This document shows, in pieces, positions 31,276-32,000 of a stretch of 32,000 nucleotides of DNA. This DNA comes from Wallemia ichthyophaga EXF-994 (taxonomy: Eukaryota > Fungi > Basidiomycota), in the NCBI RefSeq assembly GCF_000400465.1, contig NW_008806284.1, positions 300,001 to 332,000 on the forward strand. The letters are read 5' to 3'. Positions within the stretch are counted from its first letter, which is position 1. Each line of letters starts with the position of its first letter. The position numbers and the translations under genes were made by a program. Below the pieces are notes generated by a model. It was given only the letters and a program-made list of their open reading frames with translations. It did not search any database and had not been told where the DNA came from.

Positions 31276-32000
31276 ATGACTAGCACCGAGAAAAGAAACA
31301 AGAAGTCGAAGATTACGCGGGCTGTGAGTTGTGCACGTGCCGATAACCGTCATCTAACGCTTTGACCAGTGCGACGGATGCAGGTGAATAGCGGCACCAG
31401 CAGCACGTACACTCTAACATCAGGGCCAGGAAGAAGAAAATCAAGTGCAATGCTGATATCACGTATCCCAACAAGTGCTCCAACTGCAAAAATATGGAAT
31501 GCATTTACACGAACAAGGGCTTCCACAGCCCGAGCTACGTTAGCGATTTGGAGACGAAGCTTGCCGAAAGCGAGGGCGTCATCGAAGAGTATAGGAGACT
31601 GCTCGACAAGTACGCACCGCCAGAAGTACTCGCGGCTGAGACGGACACTGCTAAGCGGAAGCGGAATTTTTCCATCCCCTCCCCCAGCGCGCAAATGCAC
31701 ATGCACATACACACAGAAGCCTCCGATATGAATGACGGCATTTATGTCGATGAGACGACGGAGAGCTGCAGGAAGGAGGGATGTCTGCTTAAGACACTTG
31801 GCGATGGAAAAACAGTTCATAATCACCCCGGAAAGCAAAAAAGATTCTTTGGAAAGGGGAGTATCCGTGGAATTATCGAGAGATTGAGCACTTATACTGG
31901 CTTCTCCCCTACTGGACTTTTAAGCGGGAAAAGACCTCACTTTTGGCAAGAGGATTTGCTTATCGATGGACTAGACTACCTTCCTGTGCATATGTTGAGC
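31276..32000 (+). CDS. Zn(II)2Cys6 fungal transcription factor, 5' part (absent from the ORF track). Exons 31276-31323, 31370-31383, 31430->32000
   Basis: MTSTEKRNKKSKITRA|CDGCR|KKKIKCNADITYPNKCSNCKNMECIY...SYVSDLETKLAESE...RFFGKGS...KRPHFW. Two 46-nt introns, each with a CTAAC branch site. Confidence 0.9.

Noticed and set aside
1-32000. tRNA, rRNA, CRISPR arrays, transposases/retroelements, and a dikaritin-type (DUF3328) RiPP cluster
   Set aside because: No cloverleaf or T-loop signature, no repeat-spacer array and no RT, integrase, DDE or UstYa-like ORF was recognised by eye. tRNAscan, Infernal and HMM searches would be needed to exclude these formally.

Overview
Gene-dense fungal genomic DNA. 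The proteins look basidiomycete-like, and nearly every intron I could model is 43-55 nt (GT...CTRAY-like...YAG). A Wallemia-like compact genome is my inference, not something I can prove. The ORF track misses or mistranslates many genes because of these introns, so I rebuilt the gene models by hand. Core genes: VPS13 (5' part), fatty-acid elongase, EAF1, RPC5-like, MDM12, RPL5. These are interleaved with accessory blocks holding an aquaglyceroporin, a nitronate monooxygenase, an enoyl-reductase-like MDR, two tandem bZIPs, a Zn2Cys6 factor and at least six secreted proteins. Main highlights: (1) a family of signal-peptide plus Kex2(KR)-repeat peptide precursors sharing intron positions and an ANGA core, including a hidden three-exon 56-aa gene predicted to release two 14-aa amphipathic peptides; (2) two channel-less paralogs (one intact, one pseudogene) of the aquaglyceroporin's cytosolic N-terminal segment; (3) an inverted duplicate pair of His/Asp/Lys-rich secreted repeat proteins with near-identical 5' halves and hypervariable 3' exons; (4) a long hairpin in an oversized 5'-UTR intron of RPL5. 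I saw no tRNA, rRNA, CRISPR array or transposase. All homology calls come from my recognition of motifs; no database search was run.
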